Assembly (NCBI GenBank): GCA_039807685.1
Contig: JBDHRR010000001.1
Coordinates: 60,505 to 124,504, forward strand
Direction of reading: 5' to 3'
Length of the DNA: 64,000 nucleotides
Source: Burkholderiales bacterium
GTDB taxonomy: Bacteria > Pseudomonadota > Gammaproteobacteria > Burkholderiales > Casimicrobiaceae
This document shows positions 46,731 to 56,660 of the stretch, piece after piece. Made by a program: the position numbers and the translations under genes. Within the stretch, counting starts at the first letter, position 1, and each line of letters begins with the position of its first letter. The notes beneath the pieces were generated by a model that saw nothing but the letters and a program-made list of their open reading frames with translations, searched no databases and was not told where the DNA came from.

Positions 46731-47733
46731 TATTGATCAGGAAATATTTAACTTGAAGCCCTCGGATACGCCATCATGTGGTGGTGATGGAAGCAACCGA
46801 CATGAGAACGCTGTCGCGCGACGCGCGGCACGAAAGGCGCGTGCAGGTGATTCGACTGCGCAAAGCGGGTCGAACCTACGACGAGGTCGCGGCGCAGACT
46901 GGCTTGAGCCGCACCGGCGTGTTCGACATCTGCAAGCGCCACGCGGCGGCGGGCGCGAAAGCCTTGCGAGACGCGCCCAGTGGGCGCAAGGCCGGTGAGG
47001 GCCGGCTGCTCGATGCGACGCAGGAGGCGTTGGTGCGCAAGCTCATCACCGACAAGACGCCCGACCAGTTGAAGATGCCCTACGCGCTGTGGACCCGTGC
47101 GGCGGTCTCGCAGCTGATCGAGCAGCGCTTTGGCATTGGCCTGCCGGTGCGCACCATGGGGCTGTACCTGGCGCGCTGGGGCTTTACGCCGCAAAAGCCG
47201 ATCAAGAAGGCCTACGAGCAGTCGCCCGCGGCCGCGGCTTCGCGTCGGCGGGCCGCAAGCCGCTGGTGCGGGTGAACAACAAGCGCGACGGCCTGTCGGT
47301 GATTTCCACCGTGACCAACAAGGGGCAGATGCGCTGGCGCATCTTCGATGGCGCGCTCAACGCCGACATCCTGATCGATTTCCTGCGCCGGCTGATCAAA
47401 GGCGCGGACAGGAAGCTGTTCCTGATCCTGGACAACCTGCGGGTGCATCACGCCAAGCCGGTCAAGGCCTGGCTGGCCGAGCACGCCAACGAGATCGAGG
47501 TGTTCTACCTGCCCAGCTACAGCCCCGAACTCAACCCTGACGAGATGGCCAACGCCGACATCAAGCAGGCCGTCACGAAGTTCGCTCCTGCGCGCGCCAA
47601 GCTGCAGTTGGTCAAGGCCACGGCGCGCCACCTGCGCAGCGTGCAGCGACAGCCCGAGCGCATTCGCAAGTACTTCGAGCATGATCCGGTTCGCTATGCG
47701 GCTTGATTCAAGTTCGTTGATGCCGGCTCAATA
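46731..47733 (+). mobile_element. IS630-family insertion sequence (defective)
   Basis: TA at both ends. Imperfect 27-bp terminal inverted repeats: left TATTGATCAGGAAATATTTAACTTGAA versus reverse complement of right TATTGAGCCGGCATCAACGAACTTGAA (19/27). Confidence 0.88.
46778..47706 (+). pseudogene. IS630 transposase with internal deletion and frameshift
   Basis: N-terminal HTH (WGFTPQKPIKKAYEQSPAA) joins out of frame at about 47230 to RGFASAGRKPLVRVNN...LDNLRVHH...YLPSYSPELNPDE; the usual WGDETG segment with the first catalytic Asp is absent. Confidence 0.82.
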
Positions 47734-47822
47734 GGCGCGGTGAGGCCGACGACGCTTGGCGCGCTGCAGGCGGCGAAACGGCAGACACAAGTCGAATGAT
47801 CACAGCAGGGAAGGGGAGATCG

Positions 47823-49040
47823 ATGTTGCGTCACGCTCGTCCATTCGTGTTGCTCGCGCTGCTGGCCATCCTGGCGCCAGTCGCGGTCGCCGCCGTAACG
47901 ACCACGGTTGTCGACCTACCGACGCGCCCGGGCGTCACCCAGCGGATCCTGCTGCTGCGTCCGGACGCACCGGTCGCCAATCTCCTGTTCGCGCCGGGCG
48001 GCGACGGGGCACTCAACATCAGGCAGGACGGAACGATGAGCGGGACGGGCGCGACCTGTTCGCCGATCGCACGTTACCGGCAGGCTTACGCGGACGCCGG
48101 CATCGCCGTCGCACTGGTCGACGTCCCGTCCGATGGCTACGCGTTCAACCCGATCGACGCGGTTGCGGTGGCTCGTTACATGCGATCGCTCGACGCCGTG
48201 CCGACGTGGATTGCCGGCATCAGCTCGTCGACGGCGATGGTCGTGGACACGGCGCTCGCCATCCCGCCGGACGTGCCGGCCGGATTCATCGCGATGTCGC
48301 CCGATCCCACGGCGCCGTCGGAAGTGAACAAGATCGCGCGCACGACGCTGGTCGTGTATCACCAGCAAGACGCCCTGGCGCATGCCGGCGCGCTCTACGC
48401 GGCTCTGACGTCGGCTCCGGCCAAGGAGATCGTCGGGCTCACTGGCGGCAGCAACGCTGGCCGCTGCCTCGGCTATCACACCTTCACCGACCTGGACGAG
48501 GAGCTGAAGGTCACGCTCACCGGTCTCATGGCCAAGTACGCAGGCACGGTGGCGGCGAGCCCGGCGGCGCGCGCCGTCGAGTTCTACAACCAGGGTCTCG
48601 ATCACTATTTCCTCACCCATGTCGCCGCCGAGATCGCGATCCTCGACGCCGGGACCACGATCAAGGGCTGGGTGCGCACGGGCGAGAGCTTCCCCGTCTA
48701 CGCGGCCGCGCAGGCCGGCTCGTCGCCCGTGTGCCGGTTCTACATTCCGCCGGACAAGGGCGATTCCCATTTCTACGGCCGCGGCACCGCGGAGTGCGAC
48801 GCGACCGCCGCCGCGAACCCGTCGTTCGTCAACGAGGACTCGCAGTTCTTCCACGTCGCGCTGCCGGTGGCGGGCATCTGCTCCGCAGGCACGCAGCCGG
48901 TGTACCGCGTCTTCAGTAACCGCGCCGACGCGAACCACCGCTACATGGTCAAGCGCGAGATTCGCGATCGGATGGCCGCTCGCGGCTGGGTCGTCGAGGG
49001 CGACGGCGCCGACTTCGTGGTGATGTGCGCGCCGGCTTGA
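47823..49040 (+). CDS. Secreted alpha/beta-hydrolase-like protein with a C-terminal DUF5648-like (HYFLT...GW...CRFY...HFY...NHRY) domain
   Basis: Signal peptide; DLPTRPGVTQR...LFAPGGDG, WIAGISSS, CLGYHTF; C-terminal AVEFYNQGLDHYFLT domain. Confidence 0.7.
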   Translation: MLRHARPFVLLALLAILAPVAVAAVTTTVVDLPTRPGVTQRILLLRPDAPVANLLFAPGGDGALNIRQDGTMSGTGATCSPIARYRQAYADAGIAVALVDVPSDGYAFNPIDAVAVARYMRSLDAVPTWIAGISSSTAMVVDTALAIPPDVPAGFIAMSPDPTAPSEVNKIARTTLVVYHQQDALAHAGALYAALTSAPAKEIVGLTGGSNAGRCLGYHTFTDLDEELKVTLTGLMAKYAGTVAASPAARAVEFYNQGLDHYFLTHVAAEIAILDAGTTIKGWVRTGESFPVYAAAQAGSSPVCRFYIPPDKGDSHFYGRGTAECDATAAANPSFVNEDSQFFHVALPVAGICSAGTQPVYRVFSNRADANHRYMVKREIRDRMAARGWVVEGDGADFVVMCAPA

Positions 49041-49128
49041 AGGCGCACGCGCTCCTCGAACGCCATGCCTTCGGCGGCGTGAACGTTCGCATGCCGTGAA
49101 AGCATGAACCGATCGACGTGACCGACTG

Positions 49129-50820
49129 CTAGACGAGCACGTCCTCGTCACGCGCCATGAAGCGGAACAGGACGACGATCGGCACGAGGCTCACCGCGAT
49201 CAGCACGGTGCCGACCACCGAGGCGTTGGCGAAATTGCCCTGCAGCACCTGCGCGAAGACCTCGACGGGCAAGGTGCGCGTCGCGCCGCTGTAGAGGATC
49301 ACCGTCGAATTGAATTCGCGGGCGATGGTGGCGAAGGTGAGGAGCGCGCCCGACAGGAGCGCAGGGGTCAGCATCGGCACCGTGACGCGCCAGAAGGTGC
49401 GGCCAGGCGGAACGCCGAGGTTGATCGACGCTTCCTCCACCTGTGTGCCGATCTGGCTCAGCATGCCCGAGACCGAACGGATCGAGTAGGGCAGGCGACG
49501 GATGAAGTAGACCATGACGAGGATCGCGACGGTGCCGCCGAGATAGAACGGCTTGCCGCCGAAGGCGACGGCGATGGCGATGCCCATCACCACGCCGGCC
49601 ACTGCGTAGGGCACCATCGAGAAGGCGTCGATCGCGCCGGCGAGGCGCCCGCGCTGGCGCACGACGACGTAGCCGACGAGCGCGCCGGCGGCGACGCACA
49701 GGATCGTCGACACGGTCGACAGCATCACCGTGTTGAAGAGCGCGTGCGGCAGGCGCAGCGCATTGACGTAGCCGTCGAGCGTGAACTCGCCGGTGATGAG
49801 CGGCCCCTTCGCCCGGAGGAACGACGACACGACGATGGTCACGATGGGCAGGCTCGCGGCGAGCACCACCGCGTAGACGTAGGCGGTGGCTGCGGCGCGG
49901 GCGCGCGGCGACAGACTGCGCATGGCGAGCGGGCGTACCGTCTCCTGGCCGTACGCGCGCTTCCTGACCCACGCCCGCTGCCAGAGGAGCGCGCCGACGG
50001 TGACGACCAGCAGGATGAGCGACAGCGCGCTCGCCACCGCTGGATTGCCGCCGTGCTCGTTGACGAACTCGGTATAGATCTGGCTCGCGAGCACGCGGAA
50101 ATTCTCGCCGATGATCATCGGCGTGCCGAAATCGGAGAGCGAGGTGACGAACACGAGCAGCGCGCCGGTGGCGAGCGAGGGCACGATGAGCGGCGCGATC
50201 ACCGTGAGCGCCACCGCCGCCGGCCGCTTGCCGAGGTTGACCGCCGCGTCCTCGATGCTCTGGTCGACCGTCCGCAATCCCGCGCTCACCAGCAGGAAGA
50301 CGAACGGCAGCGCCTGCAGCGTGAAGACCAGCACGACGCCGGTCACCCCGTAGATCGAGGGCAGGCGCAGCCCCAGGTCGGCGAACCAGCCGGTGATCAC
50401 GCCGTTGCGGCCGAGGAGCAGGATCCACGCATAGGCGCCGATGAACGGCGGCGACACGAAGGTGAGCACGATGAGCGCACGGATCAGGAGCTTGCCCGGG
50501 ATGTCGAAGCGCGCGACGAGGTAGGCGAGCGGCGCGCCGAGCGCCGTGGCGATCACCGTGACGAGCGCGCTCACGCCGATGCTGTGCAGCAGCGTCTCGT
50601 AGTAGTAGCGGCGCGTGAAGAACTCGACGTAGGTGCGCAGCACCACCGCGCCGCCCCCCTCGTCGCCGGTCATGCTGGCGATGAGCAGGCGCGCGAGCGG
50701 GTACACGAGCAGCACGAGGAAGACGACCAGCGCCGCGATGGTGACCACGCCCCAGAAATCGAATCGCCCCCACCCCCGCGCGCGGCGCGCGGTCGGCGCT
50801 GCGGCACGGGCAGTCGTCAC
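49129..50820 (-). CDS. FbpB/ThiP-type ABC permease (two fused modules)
   Basis: SPPFIGAYAWILLLGRNG, IEDAAVNLG, DFGTPMIIG, VEEASINLG. Confidence 0.88.
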   Translation of the reverse strand: MTTARAAAPTARRARGWGRFDFWGVVTIAALVVFLVLLVYPLARLLIASMTGDEGGGAVVLRTYVEFFTRRYYYETLLHSIGVSALVTVIATALGAPLAYLVARFDIPGKLLIRALIVLTFVSPPFIGAYAWILLLGRNGVITGWFADLGLRLPSIYGVTGVVLVFTLQALPFVFLLVSAGLRTVDQSIEDAAVNLGKRPAAVALTVIAPLIVPSLATGALLVFVTSLSDFGTPMIIGENFRVLASQIYTEFVNEHGGNPAVASALSLILLVVTVGALLWQRAWVRKRAYGQETVRPLAMRSLSPRARAAATAYVYAVVLAASLPIVTIVVSSFLRAKGPLITGEFTLDGYVNALRLPHALFNTVMLSTVSTILCVAAGALVGYVVVRQRGRLAGAIDAFSMVPYAVAGVVMGIAIAVAFGGKPFYLGGTVAILVMVYFIRRLPYSIRSVSGMLSQIGTQVEEASINLGVPPGRTFWRVTVPMLTPALLSGALLTFATIAREFNSTVILYSGATRTLPVEVFAQVLQGNFANASVVGTVLIAVSLVPIVVLFRFMARDEDVLV

Positions 50821-51926
50821 AGCTCGACGCTCGTGTCGTCACCCGGGAAGAGCATCACCTGCTCGGGTGCGACGCTCAGCACGACCGCGGTTCCCTCCGG
50901 CAGGCGGCCAGCGTCGCCGCTGGCCGCCACCTGTGCCGCCAGTGCGCGGTCGAGCCCGCAGTCGATCTCGTAGCGTACCTGCGAGCCCAGGTACGTGCGT
51001 CCGCGCACGGTGCCGGCGAGCGCGCCCGGCGGGCTCGCCCCGGCGGGCGCGACGTGCACGTCCTGCGGACGAAAGCCGATCCAGACGTCGCCACGCGGGG
51101 TGCCGCCCGCAGCGGCGACCCGAATCGTCGCGCCGTTGGCGAGCACCACGCCGTTGCCGGCCGGCTGCCCGCGCAGGAAGTTGCCTTCACCGATGAATTC
51201 GGCCACGCGCAGCGCGGCGGGCCGCACGTAGACGTCCTCGGGCGTCCCCACCTGGAAGATCTCGCCGCCGCTCATGACGGCGATGCGATCGGACAGGCTC
51301 AGCGCCTCCTCCTGGTCGTGCGTGACGTACACCGTGGTGATGCCGAGGCGCCGCTGCAGGCGCTTCAGATCGTTGCGCAGCCGCACGCGCAGCTTCGCAT
51401 CGAGGTTGGCGAGCGGCTCGTCCATGAGTAGGACCCGCGGGCGCACGGCGAGCGCGCGGGCGATCACCACGCGCTGCTGCTGCCCGCCGGAGAGCTGCTT
51501 GGGCATGCGCTTCTCGAGGCCGGTGAGGTCGACCATGGCGAGCGTTTCGGCCACGCGCTGCGCCGCGTCGGTGCCGGTCACGCGCCGGTTGGCGAGGCCG
51601 TAGGCGACGTTGTGCCACACGTCGAGGTGCGGAAAGATCGCGTAGTTCTGGAACACCATCCCGGTGTCGCGATGCCACGCGGGGATGTCGTCGACGACGG
51701 TGCCGGCGATGCGGATCGTCCCCTCGGTCTGCCGATTGAAGCCGGCAATCGCGCGCAGGAGCGTCGTCTTGCCGCAGCCCGACGGCCCCAGGAGCGTGAA
51801 GAACTCGCCACCCGCGATGTCGAGCGTCGCGCTGCGGACCGCGACGACCTCGTCGAAGCGGATGCTGACGCCGGCGAGTTCGACACCGGCGGCCGTCGCG
51901 GGGGGCTTTGCCATCGCCGCCGTCAC
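50817..51926 (-). CDS. PotA/FbpC-type ABC ATP-binding protein
   Basis: GPSGCGKT, LSGGQQQRVVIARAL, YVTHDQEEAL, C-terminal TOBE region. Confidence 0.92.
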   Translation of the reverse strand: MTAAMAKPPATAAGVELAGVSIRFDEVVAVRSATLDIAGGEFFTLLGPSGCGKTTLLRAIAGFNRQTEGTIRIAGTVVDDIPAWHRDTGMVFQNYAIFPHLDVWHNVAYGLANRRVTGTDAAQRVAETLAMVDLTGLEKRMPKQLSGGQQQRVVIARALAVRPRVLLMDEPLANLDAKLRVRLRNDLKRLQRRLGITTVYVTHDQEEALSLSDRIAVMSGGEIFQVGTPEDVYVRPAALRVAEFIGEGNFLRGQPAGNGVVLANGATIRVAAAGGTPRGDVWIGFRPQDVHVAPAGASPPGALAGTVRGRTYLGSQVRYEIDCGLDRALAAQVAASGDAGRLPEGTAVVLSVAPEQVMLFPGDDTSVEL

Positions 51927-51930
51927 GCCG

Positions 51931-52971
51931 TCAGCGGGTGCCGATCATGATTTCCTTCCACTTGGCGAGCCACTCCTTCTGCTGCGCCTTGGCTTCGTCG
52001 GTGGGATAAGGGAGCACCTTGAGGTCCGCTGCGGCCGGCATCCCTGCCGGGAACTTGACCGTGGTGTTCGCCGGTCGCCGCCCCACGAAGTTGTCGACCA
52101 GCGCCTGCTCCTGCGGGGTGGACAGCACGAAGTCGGCGAACTTCTTCGCGTTGACGGGATTCGGGCCGCCCTTGATGAGGAAGAGCCCGCCCGGCAGCAG
52201 GGTGACGCCGTCGGCGGGATAGACGATGCCCACCTTGCCGGTCTTCTGCACGCGGTACGCGCCTTCCTCGTAGGCGACGCCGAGCGGCGCCTCGCCCTGC
52301 GCCACCGCGGTGAACGGTGCGCTGGAGCTCTCGTCGATGATCATGTTCTTCGCGAGCTTCTCGACGAGCGGCCAGTCGCCGATGAGCTTCCAGTTGACGA
52401 GTGCTGCGTACGAGGAACTCGACGACGTCGGATTGGCGAAGCGGATCTTGCCCTTCCACTTGGGATCGGCCAGGTCGGCCCAGGTCTTCGGCACCTCGGC
52501 CGCCGGCACGAGATCCTTGTTGTAGACGATGACCATCGCGAATGCGTCGAAGGGCGCGTTGTACCCCGCCGGATCCTGCAATTCCTTGCTGATGTCCTTC
52601 AGGACTGGCGCGTCGTACTTCACGAAGAGATCCGGCGCGCTGCCGCCCGTCGTCGAGCTGCCGCCCCAGAGGAGGTCGCCCTGCGGCCGATCCTTCTCCG
52701 CCTTGACGCGGCCGAGGAGATCACCCGTGCCGCCGGTGATGAGTTCGACCTTGACGCCGGGATTCTCCTTCTCGAACGCCTTGATGAAGAAGTCGACCAT
52801 CTCCGTCGGGTGCGAGGCGTAGAGCACCAGCGCCTTGGTGGCGGCAGGCGGCGTCGCGGGCGCGGGCGTCGTCGACTGCGCGGTCTGCGCGGGCTTGCCG
52901 CTGTCCGAGCAGGCGGCGAGGATGGCGGCGGCGGCAATGGCGGTGACCATCGAGCAGGCACGGCGAATCAT
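51931..52971 (-). CDS. ABC substrate-binding lipoprotein (AfuA/PhnS-like)
   Basis: Lipobox LAAC; GGTGDLLGRVKAEKDRPQGDLLWGG; ANPTSSSSSY. Confidence 0.82.
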   Translation of the reverse strand: MIRRACSMVTAIAAAAILAACSDSGKPAQTAQSTTPAPATPPAATKALVLYASHPTEMVDFFIKAFEKENPGVKVELITGGTGDLLGRVKAEKDRPQGDLLWGGSSTTGGSAPDLFVKYDAPVLKDISKELQDPAGYNAPFDAFAMVIVYNKDLVPAAEVPKTWADLADPKWKGKIRFANPTSSSSSYAALVNWKLIGDWPLVEKLAKNMIIDESSSAPFTAVAQGEAPLGVAYEEGAYRVQKTGKVGIVYPADGVTLLPGGLFLIKGGPNPVNAKKFADFVLSTPQEQALVDNFVGRRPANTTVKFPAGMPAAADLKVLPYPTDEAKAQQKEWLAKWKEIMIGTR

Positions 52972-53174
52972 GACGTTCTCCACCGGGGATGCAAAACGGG
53001 ATCGGCGGCGGTGCCTCCCCTTGGCAGCCGTCGCGCGGGCGAGGTGCCGGGAATCCGGCGCCGCCTTGGACGCAGGGATTATGACACCGCGCGCAAAAGT
53101 TGCGCCGTCCGCGCTTTTGCGCACCCGCCACGATCTCCCCGGCGAGGCCGGCGGCACCTCGCAAGATGCGGTGC

Positions 53175-54089
53175 TCACCACGCGAACGATGCGATGAGAT
53201 ATTCGGGCACGACCTTCGATCCGGCAAGAAAGGCAGTCCAGTGCGCCGCATCCGGAAGCTGGCCGGGCGTCACGCCGAGCGCGTCGCGGTGGATGCCGCC
53301 GGCGACGAGCGCGCAGGCGAGTCCGGCTCCGTGCGCGCCGGCGACGTCGTTGGGCAGCGAGTCGCCAACGGCGATCGTGCGCGCTGCAGCGATGCCGAAC
53401 CGGGCGAGCGCCGCGAGCGCGAGAGCGTAGACGCCGCGATCGGGCTTGCCGTGGTAGCGCACACGCCCGCCCAGTGCCTCGTAGCGCCGGGCGATGGCGC
53501 CGGGGCCGTCGATCACCTCGCCGTGCGAGACGACGGTCACGTCGGGGTTGGCGCAGACCATCGGCAGGTCGCGCTCCCGCGCCGCGACAAGCTGCGCTTC
53601 GCTCTCGCGCGCGGTCCGGCCGTCGGCCTCGACACTCAGCACCAGCACGAGATCCGCGATCGCGACGTCGGTGGCGACGAGGCCGAAATCGGCGACCTGC
53701 TCCGCGTCTCCGTCGCGCGCGATCACCAGCGCGCGCCGGCCGAGCGCACGGTGGAAGGGATCGGTGCGGGCGCGGAAAGCCTCGCGCGCATCGTCGCCGG
53801 CGGTGACCACCGCGTCGTGGAGCGCCGGGGTGATGCCGAAGCGTCGCATCGCCTGCGCGTTCTCGGCGCCGCTGCGTCCGGAGTTGGACAGGATCAGCAC
53901 GCGCTTGTGGGCGGCGCGAAGTTCGGCGAGACAGGCGAGCGCCCCCGGCAGCGCGTGCGCGCCGTCGTGCAGGACGCCCCACTGGTCGACCAGGAAGGCG
54001 TCGTAGCGCGCGGCGAGTTCACGCACGCCGGATAGCGGCACGCAACGCGCGGTCACATCGAGCGTGGCGTTGTTCCCCGCGCTTGCCAT
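53175..54089 (-). CDS. HAD-superfamily hydrolase, class IIA (TIGR01459-like)
   Basis: FLVDQWGVLHDG, ILSNSG, CANPD, YHGKP, AVGDSLPNDVAGA; coupled to the upstream phnE stop. Confidence 0.88.
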   Translation of the reverse strand: MASAGNNATLDVTARCVPLSGVRELAARYDAFLVDQWGVLHDGAHALPGALACLAELRAAHKRVLILSNSGRSGAENAQAMRRFGITPALHDAVVTAGDDAREAFRARTDPFHRALGRRALVIARDGDAEQVADFGLVATDVAIADLVLVLSVEADGRTARESEAQLVAARERDLPMVCANPDVTVVSHGEVIDGPGAIARRYEALGGRVRYHGKPDRGVYALALAALARFGIAAARTIAVGDSLPNDVAGAHGAGLACALVAGGIHRDALGVTPGQLPDAAHWTAFLAGSKVVPEYLIASFAW

Positions 54090-54910
54090 CAGGAGATGCG
54101 CGAGCGCACGAACGCGGAGAGCGCTTCGCTCGCGAGGACGATCACGGAGGTTGCGATCAGGATCACCGTCACCTGCTGCCACGCGAACTGGTTGATCGAG
54201 GCGTAGAGGTACAGGCCGATGCCGCCGGCGCCGACGAAGCCCAGCACGCTCGATTCGCGCACGTTGATGTCCCAGCGGTAGACCGCGGTGCCGACGAGAA
54301 CGGGCAGGACCTGCGGCAGGATCGCCATCGTCCACACCTGCGAGGTGCGCGCGCCGGTCGCCGCGATCGCCTCGACCTGCCCCACCTGGACCTCCTCGAT
54401 CGCCTCGGCGACGAGCTTGGCGAGAAAGCCGACCGAGCGCGCCGCGACGGCGCAGATCCCGGCCACCGGCCCCGGGCCGAAGACCGCGACGAAGACGAGC
54501 CCCCAGATCACCGTGTTGACCGAGCGCGACACGACGAGGATGCCGCGGCCGACGAGCCAGGTCGTGCGATTGGCGGTCGTGTTGCGGGCGGCGAGGAAGG
54601 CGACCGGCAGCGAGAAGACGACCGCGATGGCGGTGCCGAGGGTGGCGATGTGGATGGTCTCGACGAGCGGCTTCACGATCTGCGGCAGGTACGCCCAGCG
54701 CGGCGGCCACATGCGGCCGAGGAGGTCGGCGGCCTGCGCGTGCGCATCGGCGAAGAATGCCCACTCGATGTCGAGCGCGGACACCGACCACGCGGTGACG
54801 AAGGCGGCAGCGGCGAAGGCGAGCCACGCGCGCAGCGCCGCGCCGCGCGAGCGCCGCTGCCAGGTGCGTCGCTCGCGAGTGGCGGCTGCGGGTGGCGTGA
54901 CTCCGCTCAT
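54089..54910 (-). CDS. phnE: Phosphonate-type ABC permease
   Basis: RSVNTVIWGLVFV, KLVAEAIEE, RWDINVRESSVLGFVGAGGIG. Confidence 0.85.
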   Translation of the reverse strand: MSGVTPPAAATRERRTWQRRSRGAALRAWLAFAAAAFVTAWSVSALDIEWAFFADAHAQAADLLGRMWPPRWAYLPQIVKPLVETIHIATLGTAIAVVFSLPVAFLAARNTTANRTTWLVGRGILVVSRSVNTVIWGLVFVAVFGPGPVAGICAVAARSVGFLAKLVAEAIEEVQVGQVEAIAATGARTSQVWTMAILPQVLPVLVGTAVYRWDINVRESSVLGFVGAGGIGLYLYASINQFAWQQVTVILIATSVIVLASEALSAFVRSRIS

Positions 54911-55710
54911 CGCAGTCGCCGGCGCACCCAGTCGCTGAACCATTCGCCGAGCGCCACCAGCGCCGCGATGCACAGCAGGATCGCCGCGCTGAAATCGTAG
55001 TCGTAGCGCGTGAAGGACGCCGCGAGGGTTTGCCCGATGCCGCCGGCGCCGACGATGCCGATCACCGTCGAGTGGCGCAGGTTGGCGTCGATGCGATAGA
55101 TGAAGACGCCGAGCGCGCGCACGACCACCTGCGGCACGATGGCGAAGACGACCACCTGGCCGAAGCGCGCGCCGGTGGCGCGGATCGCCTCGACCGGGCC
55201 GGGTCGCACGTTCTCGATGTCCTCGGCGATCATCTTGGCGAGGAAGATCGCCGACGAAAAGGCGAGCGTCAGCATGCCCGCGACCGCGCCGAAGCCGAAG
55301 AGCTTCACGAAGAGGATCGCCACGATCACCTCGTGGAACGTGCGGCCGACCACGATGAGCGCCCGCGCAGCGAGGTAGAGGGGGGTGGGCGCGAGGTTGC
55401 GTGCGGCACACAGCGCTAGCGGTATGCACAGCAGCGCACCGGCGACACTTGCCGCGATCGCCATCTGGATGCTCTCGAGCATGCCCTTGCCGAGGATCTG
55501 CCAGCGGCTGAAGTCGGGAGGCCACATGCGCGCGAGCATGTCGGCGGCGCGGCCGAAACCGCGCCACACCCGCGGGTAGTCGATCGGCAGGTCGCGCACC
55601 GACCACACGCAATACGCGGCGAAGATGAGGAGCAGCGTGCGTCGTTGCCACGGCCCGCCGAACATCGACGAGCGCCGCCAGCTGCGCGGTGCGGCGAGCG
55701 CGGTGCTCAT
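54907..55710 (-). CDS. phnE: Phosphonate-type ABC permease
   Basis: RTFHEVIVAILFV, KMIAEDIEN, RIDANLRHSTVIGIVGAGGIG. Confidence 0.85.
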   Translation of the reverse strand: MSTALAAPRSWRRSSMFGGPWQRRTLLLIFAAYCVWSVRDLPIDYPRVWRGFGRAADMLARMWPPDFSRWQILGKGMLESIQMAIAASVAGALLCIPLALCAARNLAPTPLYLAARALIVVGRTFHEVIVAILFVKLFGFGAVAGMLTLAFSSAIFLAKMIAEDIENVRPGPVEAIRATGARFGQVVVFAIVPQVVVRALGVFIYRIDANLRHSTVIGIVGAGGIGQTLAASFTRYDYDFSAAILLCIAALVALGEWFSDWVRRRLR

Positions 55711-55774
55711 CGCGACGTGTCGCGAGTCCGCCGGAAGGCTGCCGCGCCACGGCCGAAGCGCCGCGCGTCGTCGC

Positions 55775-56659
55775 TCACCCGGCTACCCCGGTGTCGTCAC
55801 CCAAGGCGAGTCCGCGCGTTGCCGCCGATGGCGCTGATGGCGCGTCGTCGTCCGGCGCGGCGTTCCACGCCTCGCCGCCGTAGATGCGATCGAGCGTGGC
55901 GTCGTCGAGAGCGGTCGGGGCGTCGTCGAAGACGATGCGCCCGGCGCTGAATGCCACCACGCGATCGGCGAATTCGCGGGCCAGCGCGACGTCGTGCAGA
56001 TTCACGATCGCCGGGGTGGCGCGCTCGACCGCGAGTTCGCGCACGAGGCGCATGATCTGGCGCGCCGTGCGCGGATCGAGGCTCGCCGTCGGCTCATCGA
56101 CGAGCAGGAGGTCGGGGCGCTGGATGAGCGCGCGGGCGATGCCCACGCGCTGGCGCTGTCCGCCCGAGAGCGCGTCGGCGCGCCGGTCATGGAAGCCTTC
56201 GAGCCCGACGCGGGCGAGGAGCTCGAAGGCGGCGTCGACGTCCTCGGGAGCGAAACGGCGCCGCAGCGTGTCGAGGAGGCCGACGTGGCCGAGCCGGCCG
56301 GCGAGCACGTTCTCCATCACGGTGAGCCGCTCGACCAGGTTGAATTCCTGGAAGATCATGCCGATGCGCCGGCGCGCGGTGCGCAGTCCCGCGCGATCGA
56401 GGCGAACGAGATCGACCCCGTCGAGCAGGATCGCCCCGGACGTTGGCTCGACCAGCCGGTTGATGCAACGAATGAAGGTGCTCTTGCCCGCGCCCGACGA
56501 GCCGATCACCGCAATGACCCCCGGCGTGCGGATGACGAGGTCGACGGCGTCGAGTGCCCGCTTGCCGGTGGCGTAGACCTTGGTGAGGCCGACGACGCGC
56601 AGGCGCTCGCGCTCGCCGGCGGCGCCTTCCGCTGGCGCCGTCATGTCCGCGCGCGTCAC
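55775..56659 (-). CDS. phnC: Phosphonate-type ABC ATP-binding protein
   Basis: [48 protein letters not shown]. Confidence 0.9.
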   Translation of the reverse strand: MTRADMTAPAEGAAGERERLRVVGLTKVYATGKRALDAVDLVIRTPGVIAVIGSSGAGKSTFIRCINRLVEPTSGAILLDGVDLVRLDRAGLRTARRRIGMIFQEFNLVERLTVMENVLAGRLGHVGLLDTLRRRFAPEDVDAAFELLARVGLEGFHDRRADALSGGQRQRVGIARALIQRPDLLLVDEPTASLDPRTARQIMRLVRELAVERATPAIVNLHDVALAREFADRVVAFSAGRIVFDDAPTALDDATLDRIYGGEAWNAAPDDDAPSAPSAATRGLALGDDTGVAG

Positions 56660-56660
56660 C

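Noticed and set aside
46654-47275. IS630 two-ORF layout as a programmed -1 frameshift
   Set aside because: No slippery A-run at the junction, and conserved sequence including the first catalytic Asp is missing, which indicates a deletion.
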